Below, in pieces: positions 29,459 to 44,081 of a stretch of 64,000 nt of DNA. Under the pieces are notes generated by a model. That model ran no database searches. It was not told where the DNA came from and saw only the letters and a program-made list of their open reading frames with translations. Positions within the stretch are counted from its first letter, which is position 1, and each line of letters starts with the position of its first letter. Origin of the DNA: the human T2T-CHM13v2.0 reference genome, Homo sapiens; assembly GCF_009914755.1 (NCBI RefSeq), contig NC_060936.1. One strand, given 5' to 3'. A program made the position numbers and the translations under genes.

Positions 29459-30344
29459 TAGAAAAGTTTTGGTTTTGGCCATGTTTCTTAGTATATATAA
29501 TACTTCTTTTTACTCGAGAGATTTGAAAATGTACCTGGCCAGAAAAATTAGGTTTTACCTGGGAGTTGTGCTTTGGAAGCTGACTTAAAGCCTGAGCAGC
29601 AGCTTTCTCCCCCAACCCCCATCCTTCTCCGTGGCCAACCTTTGGTTTGGGCATGGGCAGTCATTATCACTCTGTGAGGCTGAGACACTGCTCATGGCCC
29701 AGAGGAGTGAAGGTGGATCTTCTTGAAGGCCTTTGTCTTTTGTGCTATTCAAGTGGTCCTACTAGTGAGCAAAGTTTACAGTATTTTGTATCTCATTCCT
29801 CAGGATCCAGTTAGTTTTGTAGCCCTATCTGGCCCTGCCAAGCACACAAAGAGTCTTGCTTGTCCCTGTTTTCAGAGACTTCCTTATGTCTCTGGATGCT
29901 CTGCTAGGTCACGACCTAACTTGGACTGGGTCCTGTGTAGTCTTCCTGCTGTGCATGTGGTAGGTTCGTGAAACACACTTCATTCCTGGCACAGCAGAGG
30001 GCAGCAGTGGCAAGTCGTGAGTCTCTTCATCTTACCACCTTTCTTCCACTTGTGTCCTTACTGTCAACATGTAATTTTTAGCTTCCACACCATGCAAGAC
30101 TCTTAACTTTTTATTTAATTTTATGTTCTGCATTTTGGGCAGTGCTTCTAATTTTTTCTTTTTAAGAACGTAATAATGAAACTGGAGATCTTAATTTAAA
30201 AGCCTTACAAAAAGTCATGCATAGGTAAAAATAATTCATCAAGTGAAGTGAATAAGTTTATGTGGCATTTAATTTAGGAAAAATTCTAGAAGTGTGATTA
30301 TAGAGTAAAACAAACTTTTTCTTTTTTATTACTTTAATTCAAAG

Positions 30345-30506
30345 CTTTGGGATGCGACATCAGCAAATGAGAGGAAAAGCATTAATGTGAAACAGTTCTT
30401 CCTAAATTTGGAGGACCCTCAAGAGGATATGGAAGTGATAGTGAAGTGTTGTTCGTGGTCTGCTGATGGTGCAAGGATAATGGTGGCAGCAAAAAATAAA
30501 ATCTTT
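30345..30506 (+). CDS. APAF1: APAF1 exon 17 (162 nt, WD40)
   Basis: ttcaaag|CTTTGG...ATCTTT|gtaagt; LWDATSANERKSINVKQFFLNLEDPQEDMEVIVKCCSWSADGARIMVAAKNKIF. Confidence 0.98.
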
Positions 30507-31532
30507 GTAAGTACTTTAAAAAGCCAACTTCAGTCTGATTTAAAGAAAGTTAAAACTTCTGTTCATTTTTGCATTTTACAATGTTTATTCATAAAAATAA
30601 AGTCTAGCTGTGTGATTTTGGGCAGTCTTCCTAACCTGTCATGGTTCTTTGGAACTGTGCTCCGTGAGATAAGGATGGCCTTGTAAGGAAAGGTCTCCAT
30701 GGTTACACCGTTTGGGAAATATGTTTTGTATTGCTTTCCCCTATTAGGCACACTGTATGAACTAACATATTCAGGGCCCCAGGAAGTCCTCTTACACAAT
30801 TTATGCCATCGAATCCAGTGTTCCTCAAATGTATTTAAAACATAGAATGCTTTCTTCATCACTCCTTTTTTTTCTTCAATTTTGATTACATTGGTTTAGG
30901 TGATTTTTCAAAGTGTTTTCTTACACCTACAATTTTATGATTTGATGACTCTGACAGAAATGCTCATCAATGACTGAACAAGATAGTGAAATTTTTATAA
31001 AGTAAATGAGGAAAATATGAAAAAAGTAAATAAGAAAATTCTTTGCTTTTCTTCCCCACATCTAATAGTAGCTGGTATTTGTGGTATTCAGAGTGCCCTC
31101 ACATATAATTTCTTTTGATATAAGTATTCAAGAAGCAGCGGGTTACAGTAGCCCTATGATAATAATGAGGCAACTGAGGTTCAGAGCAGCCAAATGATTT
31201 GTCTAAAGTTACATTGTGATTAGGAGAACCAGATCTTCTGATTTATGGCTCACTTACATTCTCATCTAATAGTGATTTCAAAAGACTTGAATGAGGGATA
31301 TTACTGTTTTAAAGAGCATAATTGAAATATAAAATATGGTTATATAAGAACTCACTGAGGGATCATGTATATGATTGTTATTGATTTAGTGCTACAATCC
31401 TTGGATGTTGGTTGCTTATGAGTTTGTACCCCTTTAGCAGGAAACTAAGAGGAAAAATACCTCCCTTTAAGTTTGTTAAAATCTATAAGAACAGAAAAGA
31501 AACCACTGCATAAGCAAGACTTGAAGATTAAA

Positions 31533-32545
31533 ACTTTTTTATTGTGATAAAATGCATATAATGTAAAAGTTGCCATTTTAACCATCTAAAAATGTGCATT
31601 TCAATGGCATTACATTCACAATGCTGTGTAGCCATTACTACTATATATTTCCAAAACTTTTTCATCACCCTAAACAGAAACTTTGTAACCATGAAGTAAT
31701 AACTCCTCTTTCCCCTCTCTTGCTAGACCTTTGTAATCTCTAATGTAATCTGCGAATTTGCCTAGGTATTTCATATAAATGGAATCATATAATATCGGTC
31801 CTTTTGTGTCTGACTCATTTCATTGAGCATGTTTTCAAGGTTCATTCATGTTGTAGCATGTATCAGAACTGTATTTCTTCTTATGGCTGAATAATATTCC
31901 ATTGTATGTATATATCACATTTTTTCTTTGTTTTTTTTTTTCTTACAAACCAGTGTTTATTTTCACATACAGCCTTGTTGTAACCAATGTACAGATCAAA
32001 ACTCAAAATATTCCTCTTCAGAAAACTTTGAACCTTATCCCCTAGCCGACCTATAATGGTTGAATTTCTGTCAAGTATATATTTATGTATATAATGGGCT
32101 TAATTATTTAAGAGAATAACTGAGTGATTTGTGTGATCTGTGAAAAGGAATTGGACTATCATACTTGGGTTGTATATCACATTTTTTTCATCCATTCATC
32201 TGTTGATGGACACTTGGTTTGTTTCCACCTTTTGGCTACTGTGAATAATGCTGCAGCATTGGTGTACAAGTATCTATTTGAGCCTTGTGTGTTTACCTAG
32301 GAGTGGAATTACTGGGTCATATGGTAATTCTTTATTTATTTAGTTTTCTGAGGAACCACTAGATTTTTCCACAGCAGCTGCACCGTTTTACATTCCACTA
32401 GCAATGTACAAGGGTTCCAATTTCTCCACATCCTTGATAAAACTTGTTATTGTTCATTTTTAAAATTATAGCCATCCTAGTAGGTGTGAAGTGGTTTCTC
32501 CTTGTGGTTTGATTTGTGTTTTCCCAATTACCAATGATGTTGAAC
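31533..32545 (-). mobile_element. L1MB-like 3' end, interrupted at 31926-32172
   Basis: ttttattgtgataaaat...catgttttcaaggttcattcatgttgtagcatg...catccattcatctgttgatggacactt; continuous across the insert. Confidence 0.88.
31926..32172 (-). pseudogene. Retroposed non-repeat mRNA 3'-end fragment (5'-truncated processed pseudogene or orphan L1 transduction), parent unknown
   Basis: 15-bp TSD TATATCACATTTTTT (31911-31925, 32173-32187); poly(A) tail as a T-run to 31941; AATAAA on - strand at 31956-31961. Confidence 0.8.
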
Positions 32546-32889
32546 AAAAGATAATTTTTGAAAAGATTTTAAGAGACCTGTTCTAGTGAGAGGAAGATAA
32601 TTTTATATTGCATGAAATGCCTTGTTTTAAAAATCTGTACAGCAGTTCCCTGTTTTACCATGCTAAAAGAAAGCTACCCAAAGGTGTTCCTTAACTGCAT
32701 GTAGATCCCGATTTCTTACCCTTTGGTCTCTCCTTCCTCCTCCTGTTCTTTCTTTCCAATTCCTATGTGAGTCTACTCCTATTGTTAGGTCTTTTTTCTT
32801 TTACTATTCCATAATTGGGACAACTGCCTATTGTGGAATAGGCAAGTTTGCCAAGTTTCCTCGATCACTGTCAGCCACTAATTTTTTAA

Positions 32890-33301
<412 letters not shown>

Positions 33302-33388
33302 TACTAAACATTTTAATAGCTCCCACTGGAAGCTTTTTTGTTTCTTTCTAAGGTCTATGTCTTGATCTTAAATCAGTATATTGTATCA

Positions 33389-33795
<407 letters not shown>

Positions 33796-34307
33796 ATTGA
33801 AGAAACTTGGATTACCCAAAGTAGTTTTTTGGGGTTCAAAAACAGGAAAATGATTGACTATAATGGAGCAATTTGGTAGTTCTAGAGAGAAATAAAAATG
33901 ACTGAGCTAATTTTATTTTAGCAAACCTCTGCTCTATATTATTTTGATCATCTTCATTTATGAGTATTCATTTTCTCTTTTGAATAAACAAGCATTAGGG
34001 AGAACTACTCTGTATGTTAATTGGGCCAGTCTATTCATTTATTCACAAAGCTTTTATTTCTCTTTAGGCTAGCTTGAGAGCTCATCTGTGATGAATTTTC
34101 CTTTATAGAAAATATGTTTTAAGATGAGCAGTATTTTTAAAGTATATGTATATTGATCCATATTTTGTTTATGACTGTCAATAATTATGCCAGTTATCAG
34201 TAATTGTCATATTTTTTTCAGGACTTATATTTGAAATGGGAGGATATTAGAATAGCTTATCTCTTAAAGTATTTTACCTTCATAGGTATCTCTATTTATG
34301 TTGACAG

Positions 34308-34436
34308 CTTTTTGACATTCATACTAGTGGCCTATTGGGAGAAATCCACACGGGCCATCACAGCACCATCCAGTACTGTGACTTCTCCCCACAAAACCAT
34401 TTGGCAGTGGTTGCTTTGTCCCAGTACTGTGTAGAG
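34308..34436 (+). CDS. APAF1: APAF1 exon 18 (129 nt, 43 aa; alternatively spliced extra WD40 repeat of the XL/LC isoforms)
   Basis: ttgacag|CTTTTT...GTAGAG|gtgagt; LFDIHTSGLLGEIHTGHHSTIQYCDFSPQNHLAVVALSQYCVE; length matches the known 43-aa C-terminal insert. Confidence 0.97.
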
Positions 34437-35061
34437 GTGAGTAGTTGAATTTATTCTGTGAAGCCTGGGTTTCCAGAGATCAAAGGATGACAGAGAATGG
34501 GCAGCTTAAACCATTAACTGCTGAGGAGCCTTGCTTGAGAAATTATAGAGTATTTTCTTTATAGCCTAATGACCTCTAACTTTGGGATATTAAACCACAT
34601 AGCCAGCTTTATTATTTTAACAGTGATTACAGACTTGATTTGACAGTATGACAGGGAATTCAGCAAGCATTTGCTGAATGCCTAACATGTGCCAGGAACT
34701 GGGAAAACAATGGAATGACTGCTGGTCATGAAACATGACATCTCTTATCCAGTATAGATATGTGGCATTTCTTAAACAGTGTAGGCACAGACTCTTTTCT
34801 TCTTAAAAAAGGTGGTGAGAAATGAGTCCAGTTCAGATTTCTTAGATCATTGAGTAGGATAAGATAGGATGTTCATTGCCAGGCACTAATGAATAAAATA
34901 ACTCATATAAATTACTTTTTTATGATTTTGTACTTACCTGTTAAATTTTATGTTCAGAATGTATACCTAGCTGGCCCTGGAAGAATTCCACCCAGTGAAG
35001 TGCTATATTAGTTTTTTCATAAAGTAGTGAATTATTTTTTTCCTTCAAAGATGGATTAGTG

Positions 35062-35203
35062 CTTTTTTTGTTTGTTTTTTAATAGAAATGGGGGTCTCAC
35101 TGTGTTGCCCAGGCTGGTCTTGAACTCTTGGCCTCAAGCAATACTCCCCCAGCCTTGGCCTCCCAAAATGCTGGGATTACAGGTGTATCACCTTGCCTGG
35201 CCA
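35062..35203 (-). mobile_element. Alu monomer (FLAM/left arm)
   Basis: TSD AAAGAT(G/A)GATTAGT. Confidence 0.88.
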
Positions 35204-35709
35204 AAGATAGATTAGTTTTTCCAGGCTTTCTTAGTCTTCATTCCTTAGGTTGGTTTTACCACCAGGTAGTTTGAAACCCCTTCAGATCACAGTTCCAAGA
35301 AGATGGGTATGGGCCTTTTGGAAAATAGAGAAATTCACTGGGTTCACAGGCTCCTCATCAAGGGAGCCATGACTACTGCAAGCACTTCTTCAGTGTTCTC
35401 TGCTTATTTAGCAAATTTTAGTGAGTTTGCCAGCCTTGCCCATTACTGTGAAGGTGTTGGGGGAGAGTTGCTAAGCTATAGCCCTTCAACATAGAGGCAC
35501 AGGTGAGAGTGAGGGCATGAGATCCATAGGCTTCTCCTAATTCTAGGTGCAGCAGTGCATGTGACACTGAAGAACTTCCCTACTGAGACTCTTCCCATTG
35601 CACACAGAGGCAGGGAGTGTGAAAAAGCTCTAGTCCTGTATGAAACAGCGGGAAGAAGTAGGGTGCTGTGGGCAGTGTTTTGTTGGGCAGAGACTTTGAA
35701 TTGGAAGTG

Positions 35710-35992
35710 TTTTGTTTTGTGTTACTTTGTTTTTGAGACAGAGTCTCTCTCTGTCACCCAGGCTGCAGTGTAGTGTTGTAATCTCAGCTCACTGCAACCT
35801 CCACCTCCCGGGTTCAAGCTATTCTCTTGCCTTAGCTTTCTGAGTAGCTGGGATTACAGGTGCCCACCAGCATGCCCGGCTAATTTTTTTTTGTATTTTT
35901 CATGGAGATAGGGTTTCACCATGTTGGCCAGGGTGGTCTCGAATTCCTGACCTCAAGTGATCCACCTGCCTCAGCCTCCCAAAGTGCTGGGG
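35710..35992 (-). mobile_element. AluS, slightly 5'-truncated
   Basis: Antisense dimer ending at cccaaagtgctggg. Confidence 0.92.
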
Positions 35993-36774
35993 TTTATTGG
36001 GTTTTAGATCTCCTAGGAGATCTTGAACCTTATGTGTAGATCCTCAAAGTAAATGTGGAGCGTTTGTTAGGATTTTTAGAAACAGTACTAAGTAGCAACC
36101 CCTCTTTCAGCCTTTCTTGTCACTTCTAAAGTCCTTACCCTCTGCCATCCTTAGCAATCTCCAGGAAACAATGAAAGAGTATCTTCCTTCTTGAAATGTA
36201 GGGACTCAGCTCTGGAGGCTCTGAGTGACAAAGAAATGATGGGAGAGAGATGGGGAGAAGAAAGTGGGAAGAGAGGGGAGGATTCTCAAGGGAGATTTTC
36301 AGTTTCTTAGGAGAGATTTTCAGTTGTGGAACCACTTTCATTTTTGGCCCTTAGCTCTGTATGTCCCAGCTTGGACTCTTAGAGATAAGGCGGAGAAAAT
36401 TTCATATAATTAGTTCATAACCACAGAACTCACTGAATGAAAACCAGTCACTGGGCCTATGATGAGGTACTTGTTTTGTCCATGCTAGTTCTGAAATGAT
36501 AAAGTAGTTCTGTAATTTAAAGTGTAATGAGAGGAACTCAGTCACATATGGTACTTCATTAGACTTGAATATATTAGAGTAATTTACAGCAGAACCCAGG
36601 ATAAAATACCAGGCTGCTGGTAGACATGGTAATAAGCATGAATAACAAGAGAAATGTGTACATGTTACAATTATTGTGTTAATTTATTGTAGGTTTTACA
36701 GTCAGTTGAAATGAAGGTTAGATGACAGTATTAGTGGAAAATAATCTGAATATGGAAGCTGCTTTTGTTCATCC

Positions 36775-37345
36775 TATTATTTTTTGGATTGACTTTTTTA
36801 AAGTGATAAAATATTTGCATGATTCCAAAGTCAAAGTTTTATAATGCGTTATATTCAGAGAAGTCTTGCTTTCATCCCTATCCCTTCGCCTCGCTCTCCC
36901 TCCTTCCCTGCATATGTAAACTATTTTCTGTTTTTGGCTTAACTGTCCAATATTTCTTGCATATATAAGCAGATATCTATATGCATATATATCCATACCT
37001 GTATCCTTCTATATGTTCTTGTACATATTTTTCCATCTCATATAAAAGATAGTAGTGTATAGTATATAGACTCTTCTACACTTTGCTTTTTTTCTGTTAA
37101 CAATATATCCTAGAGATTTGTCGTCATCAAGGTGTTTTTCTCATTGTTTTTAATGGCTGCATGATATTCCATTATGTGATTAATGTAGTTTATTCAGTTG
37201 GTTCCCTATTGATGAGTATTTAGTTTCCTAGTATTTTGCTATAAAAAATAATGATGCACTAAATAATCTTCTGCATAAGACATTTTGTAGTTTTGATAGT
37301 GTGTTTCTGAGCAATATTCATTGAAGTGGTATTGCTGGCTCATTC
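36775..37345 (-). mobile_element. Old L1 (L1ME-like) 3' remnant
   Basis: ttttaatggctgcatgatattccatt...ccctattgatgagtattt...gaagtggtattgctgg. Confidence 0.65.
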
Positions 37346-37421
37346 TTGCTATTTTCAATATTTTTGCTCTCTTCAAAATGCTTATGTATGTGATTTCCTA
37401 TATGCTGTGTTTATTCTGTAG

Positions 37422-37547
37422 TTGTGGAATACAGACTCACGTTCAAAGGTGGCTGATTGCAGAGGACATTTAAGTTGGGTTCATGGTGTGATGTTTTCTC
37501 CTGATGGATCATCATTTTTGACATCTTCTGATGACCAGACAATCAGG
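37422..37547 (+). CDS. APAF1: APAF1 exon 19 (126 nt, WD40)
   Basis: ctgtag|TTGTGG...ATCAGG|gtgaga; LWNTDSRSKVADCRGHLSWVHGVMFSPDGSSFLTSSDDQTIR. Confidence 0.98.
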
Positions 37548-38628
37548 GTGAGAAATATTGAGATTTTCATTTTGAACATTTCCTGATGGTGAGCTAAACC
37601 TCCTACAAACTAAGAAATTGATGGGTAGCACTGAGGTAAGCAGAATAGGAAACTAGTACTATATTCCTATTCACCCTGGAAAAGTGCTGTTATATGGACT
37701 GTAACAGTCTCATTCATTCGTTACATGTTCATTGAGGATTACCATGGGCCAAGTGCTGTGGGAACTTCAGTGATTAAACTGTATTTTGGTTAATTTAAAA
37801 TACTGCATTTGATTCCTCAGAAAAATTTTTGACCCTTTTCTTTACCTTGAATTCCTACATCCAATTACTTGCCAATTCTGAGAGAGTCTACCTTTTCATT
37901 TTCTATTATTATCTCTACCTTTCCATTTCTGCTGCCCAAGTTCAGGACTTTGTTAACTGTTACTTCTCTTGTTGTATTAGTCTCTGCCACAAGTCTTCTT
38001 TCTTGCTTTTCTGCATGCAGCTTCTAAGATATTTTTTTTTCATGTACAATGCAGTCATGTCATTTTTGCTCAAAAATAAGATAGTGGCTCCCTTGTCTAC
38101 CAAAGTAAATATATACTTCTGTTTCTGCCATTAAGCTTCTCCACAGCATGGCCTTATTCTGCTCCACTCTGTCTCCCAGTTTATTCCTACAGGGAACCAA
38201 CACTGGACTGCTCACATTTTCCCAAACACTCCGTAGTTCCCTGCTTCTGTGCTTTTCCTTAAGTGGTTTCTTATATTTGGAATGCTCTACTTACCTGTAT
38301 CTCTGTTTGTTGAAATCCTAACCATTCTATAAGTCCCCTCAAGTCTTCTCTATTTGGGGAGAATGCCTGTCTCTCTTAATGCCATCTAATTCTATGTCAT
38401 TTTCTAGTGGTGCTTATCAAATTTTGACTTGAATTTAAATACAGATATGATTTACTCCTTATTTCCAACACTCCACTGCTTCTCTGGCTCATTGACGTAT
38501 CTTACATTATAAGCTCTTTGAGGCCAGGAACCCTGGCTGGTCCCCACAGCATCCTAATACAGCATTATATATGAATTATAGCTAAAATTCATTCAGTGCC
38601 TACTATATTCAAGACATTATGCAAAGTA

Positions 38629-38651
38629 CTATATATATATATATATATATA
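38629..38651. repeat. (TA)~11 microsatellite in a MIR remnant
   Basis: Read directly. Confidence 0.85.
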
Positions 38652-38864
38652 CATATAAATTTACTAATTCTCACAATAGTCCCTTTTGCAGATGAGGAAA
38701 CAGGCAGAGAAAGACTGAGAAAGGTCATTGGTTCTTAACATGCCAGTCTCAATGAGCTTGAGCCAGAATATAAATCAACACATTGCTTTCTTCATCAAGA
38801 AAGTCTTCTTGAAATGAAATAAGCTGCATCACTAGACACAGTTACAGTGTGTTTAGTGATGTAG

Positions 38865-39183
<319 letters not shown>

Positions 39184-39523
39184 CAAACTTCTTACCTTGT
39201 GGATTGGTATCAAACAGTTTGATAACCAGCAGGAGGTCTTTATCTTTGAGTAACACTGGGTTAAGCAACCTGCCTGAAGTTACAACTTTAGGTAGAACTA
39301 GAATTCATACTGAGGAATTTTGGCTCTGGAGCCCATAACTCTTAATACTAACTGCATCTTACTATAGATTGTGTTAGTAAATATTTATTTTTGGATTATA
39401 ATCTAATATTGAAACCTTTCTAGCATCATAGGTATTTTATGTGAAACATAGTTTGTCTCTCGCTTTAAGATGAAGACATGTTATTTTAGAGATGGAATGA
39501 TAATTTCTTTATCTCTTAATCAG

Positions 39524-39643
39524 CTCTGGGAGACAAAGAAAGTATGTAAGAACTCTGCTGTAATGTTAAAGCAAGAAGTAGATGTTGTGTTTCAAGAAAA
39601 TGAAGTGATGGTCCTTGCAGTTGACCATATAAGACGTCTGCAA
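39524..39643 (+). CDS. APAF1: APAF1 exon 20 (120 nt)
   Basis: aatcag|CTCTGG...CTGCAA|gtgagt; LWETKKVCKNSAVMLKQEVDVVFQENEVMVLAVDHIRRLQ. Confidence 0.98.
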
Positions 39644-40810
39644 GTGAGTATTTTTTAGAAAACAATTGGAAAATTGTTTTGGTTGAATTTTCTATTCACG
39701 GTTTTTCTTGTTTTTGGACTTGAGATTAAGCATAATTATTTTGTATCTAACAGGTGTCCAGCAGACATTAGTTAAATAAATATATATAAGTCTTGAGCTG
39801 AGGCTCAGATATGCTTATATTTAGAATTAAATTAGATAATTCCTCATCTCACTGCTCTTCTGTTGCTATCTATGATCACATTCTTTGATTTGCATGGAGT
39901 CTAAGAATACCATGAGGACAAACTCATGTTGTCTACAAGAGTGATTCAGACATGTCTGATGGAGTGTGCAAGGGGGATGAGCATATGGAAGCATTTTTAA
40001 AAGGGAAGGATTCCAGGGTCTTTGAAAGAACAGAAGTCACTTTAGGTGAGGAAGGAGTCTGATTGATTGGAACTGAGGTGAAAGGAGCTGGGCTTTACAT
40101 ACTGAAGTACACCTGTTCATTTACACACACCTTTGTTCAGTAAATATTTATTGAATGCTTATTTTGGTCCTTGAGGAGGAAAGGGTTGTATAGTACAATT
40201 GAAAGAACTGTATTGCTTAGGGATCCAAACAGCACTACTCTAGTCTGTTCTCCTTCTGCCACCCAACAAAGAGTGGGACACGTGAGAGGAAGGCATTTCT
40301 CAACTAGCTGAAGAGAGAAGGAGTCCCAAAGATCCATTGGCAGAGGAATGGTATTCAGGAGCTCGGAGTGGTGGTAACAGATGCCCTAAGAGCAGATGCC
40401 CTAAGGAGCACTGGAATTCAAGAGCAGGTTGGCATCACTGTGCTGGTGGCTAAATAAGGTGTCGTTGCATTGACAGAGATGTCCTGGAAGTGGTGATAGC
40501 GTTGTAGATAGTGGCAGCAAGAGAAAGCAGATGCCTCATGGAAGATTAAAACACAAGAGGCTATCTATATGTTGGTCAGCCCAAGCAGAACAGCAGAGTA
40601 TGGACCATTGAAGGAAGTGTCAGCATGTGGAGCTGACAGCATGTCACTGTGACTTGTGGCTGAGAGAGGTGGTAAGAGCAAGCAGCCAGATAAGAAGGGC
40701 AGGAGGTGGCATGGCTTTTATGTGAACTGGTGGGACATTCTCCCTTGCCCTGAGGATTCCCTGAGACATAGGATTGAGAAGGACAGAAACCCTTTCATAG
40801 TGAGGGCTAA

Positions 40811-41157
<347 letters not shown>

Positions 41158-41532
41158 AAACTATTTTCTCATAGTATATTTAGGGCCTTTCATTAGCTCT
41201 TGAAGAGCACGAATACAGCTTGAGTTAACTTTTTCCATATGGGTTTTAGAAGTGCTTTATTAACTTCTAGGGAAAGGTTTTGGCAGTGATAACATAGTCT
41301 TATGCCATCTTTTCGTTTGATTTTTCTTGATTTGCTTATTGAAAGATAGGGAGCATGAATGTGTGTGAGAGAGTGAAATGAGATAGTGATGTCAAGCTAG
41401 AGAGGAGAGAGAGGAGCAGAATAGAGAAGACGAGAGTAATAGAGCACATGTGTGGAAGGTCTGAGAGGAAGCAGACAATTGAGACAGATGGACAGAGGGT
41501 AGGACAGAGTTTAATGAGTTGTCATTCAAAAA

Positions 41533-41662
41533 ATTTTTTTTTGTAGAGATGGGGGCATCTCACTATGTTGACCACGCTGGTCTCGAACTCCTGGCCTCAA
41601 GTGCTCCTCCTGCCTCAGCCTCCCAGAATGCTGGGATTACAGGCAAGAGCTGCCATGCCCCA
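41533..41662 (-). mobile_element. Alu monomer (FLAM/left arm)
   Basis: Single antisense arm. Confidence 0.85.
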
Positions 41663-43259
41663 CTCAAACCTTAACAAGTTGTAAAGCTGTAGAGCTCAGC
41701 TTGGTGTAGTGGAGAGAATAGTGACTTTTCACTAAGGAGACCTAGGTGTAAGTTCAGACTTCTTTATCAACTAGTTCTATGATGTTGAATAAATTGTATC
41801 ACGTCTTTGAGCCTCAGTTTGTAAAGGTCCTTTTCATCTTTACAGTCTCTGAGCTAGTTACAGGGTCAAAGTAGAATCCAAATTCAGGAGTAGATACTGG
41901 GAGTAAATCGCCTGGTATGTGGTAACTTCTTGTTTACTGTGGGTGTCAAAATCAAGCTGTAAGTCACCTCTGAATATGGCTTGCTTTGATTTTACAAGTT
42001 TTACTATTGTCCTCAATATGCTGATTAGGAGCTCCTAATGCACAGTACTTCTGGGGTGAATTGGGATATGGAATTCAATGTGAATTTCTCATTAACTGTT
42101 TTTTAGAAAGCTGATTCTTCCACTTGGGATATTTCTACTTCAGTTTTCTTGACAAATTTAGTGTCCTCATGCTTGTATTTCCTTTATTAAATTTGTGCAA
42201 CCTTTCTTTAATGACTGTTGTAACTGTGAGACTTAAAAAGTCATCTGTCTATAAAGGTATCATTCTATGTCAGTGGTTGTGGGAGAGTTTAGAGGATAAA
42301 CTTAATAGTTTCATTTAAGTGAATAAAACATTTTTTAGTTACTACTTAAAGAATTCTTGAAATTGATTTTTGAGAGAAGATGTTCAGCTCTTCGTAGTTC
42401 AATTTTCATTTTGAATATCTAATAGATCAAAATGTGCTATGTAAAATAATGTTAAGGAAAAACTACCTGTGATTGGTTGACTCTGTAATCTTTGTACTAG
42501 AAACAAAGATGCCTGCCTATTTCATGTTGAAAAATAATTCAAGAATTTTAGTTTATGACACTAAGAGAGAGGTATCTGACAACTGATTTAAGCTTGAGAA
42601 ATATTTTCCCAGGTCACATGTTTTAGATGAGTGATAAGGCATCATAATTCATGGGATTTAAGCATTGGTACAGATTATGAAATTAGGTAATCTTTGTTCA
42701 AGCATTGTAAATCCAGCTACACAAATTATGCTTATGAGTTCTTCTCCATTGTCCTCACTGCCCCAGCTCCAAGAAAAAGAATCTTAATTTACACTGTTTT
42801 GTGAGTGATTTGGAGGATATAAGCCCCATTTTAATTTGTCTTTTTATGTCTGTCTCAGTCTTGTTTGACCAACAGCTTTGAAATGTAGCAGAAAAGTATA
42901 TTTTAACAAATGATAGCCCTATTAAAAGTGGGCTTTGTGAAGAAATGGTGTGGAGCTAGCTGTGGGATTACAAATCAGATAGATGTGTCTCAGGTGGCGG
43001 GCGCAGCAGCTGCTTTTTAAACCTTGTAATGCTTGTTTTATTTTATGAAAATGTATTTGAACCACCAAAGTGGATTGAAATGAAAGTGTGAAGTGCTAAA
43101 TGCAGCTGCTAAGACTAGGATATGGCTTGTTGTTCCCCTGAGAGCTCTTGTTGGTTATTTTCTGTGTTTTATTTTATTTTTTTCAATTGAAGCCTCTGTT
43201 CTGACGAACAAAAACTGCTCTTACAGCCTAATAACTGATTTTGCCTCATTTTTCATTAG

Positions 43260-43376
43260 CTCATTAATGGAAGAACAGGTCAGATTGATTATCTGACTGA
43301 AGCTCAAGTTAGCTGCTGTTGCTTAAGTCCACATCTTCAGTACATTGCATTTGGAGATGAAAATGGAGCCATTGAG
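43260..43376 (+). CDS. APAF1: APAF1 exon 21 (117 nt, WD40)
   Basis: cattag|CTCATT...ATTGAG|gtattc; LINGRTGQIDYLTEAQVSCCCLSPHLQYIAFGDENGAIE. Confidence 0.98.
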
Positions 43377-43452
43377 GTATTCAGTGCTAGTCTTCAGAAT
43401 CTTTCTGTACAGAATTAAATAAAACTAATTATATGTCTGGCATTGTGCACTT

Positions 43453-44081
<629 letters not shown>

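Noticed and set aside
30387-30686. ORF running 60 codons past the exon-17 donor, with AATAAA at 30596-30601
   Set aside because: Simple intron read-through; the signal precedes the stop, so cleavage would give a non-stop mRNA; no other support
39470-39658. ORF extending exon 20 on both sides (likewise 63311-63511 for exon 27)
   Set aside because: Explained by the real exons plus chance open intronic flanks
43218-43259. Upstream acceptor ctcttacAG (43225-43226), 33 nt before exon 21
   Set aside because: Lies upstream of the likely branch point and would add in-frame stops; such decoys are common
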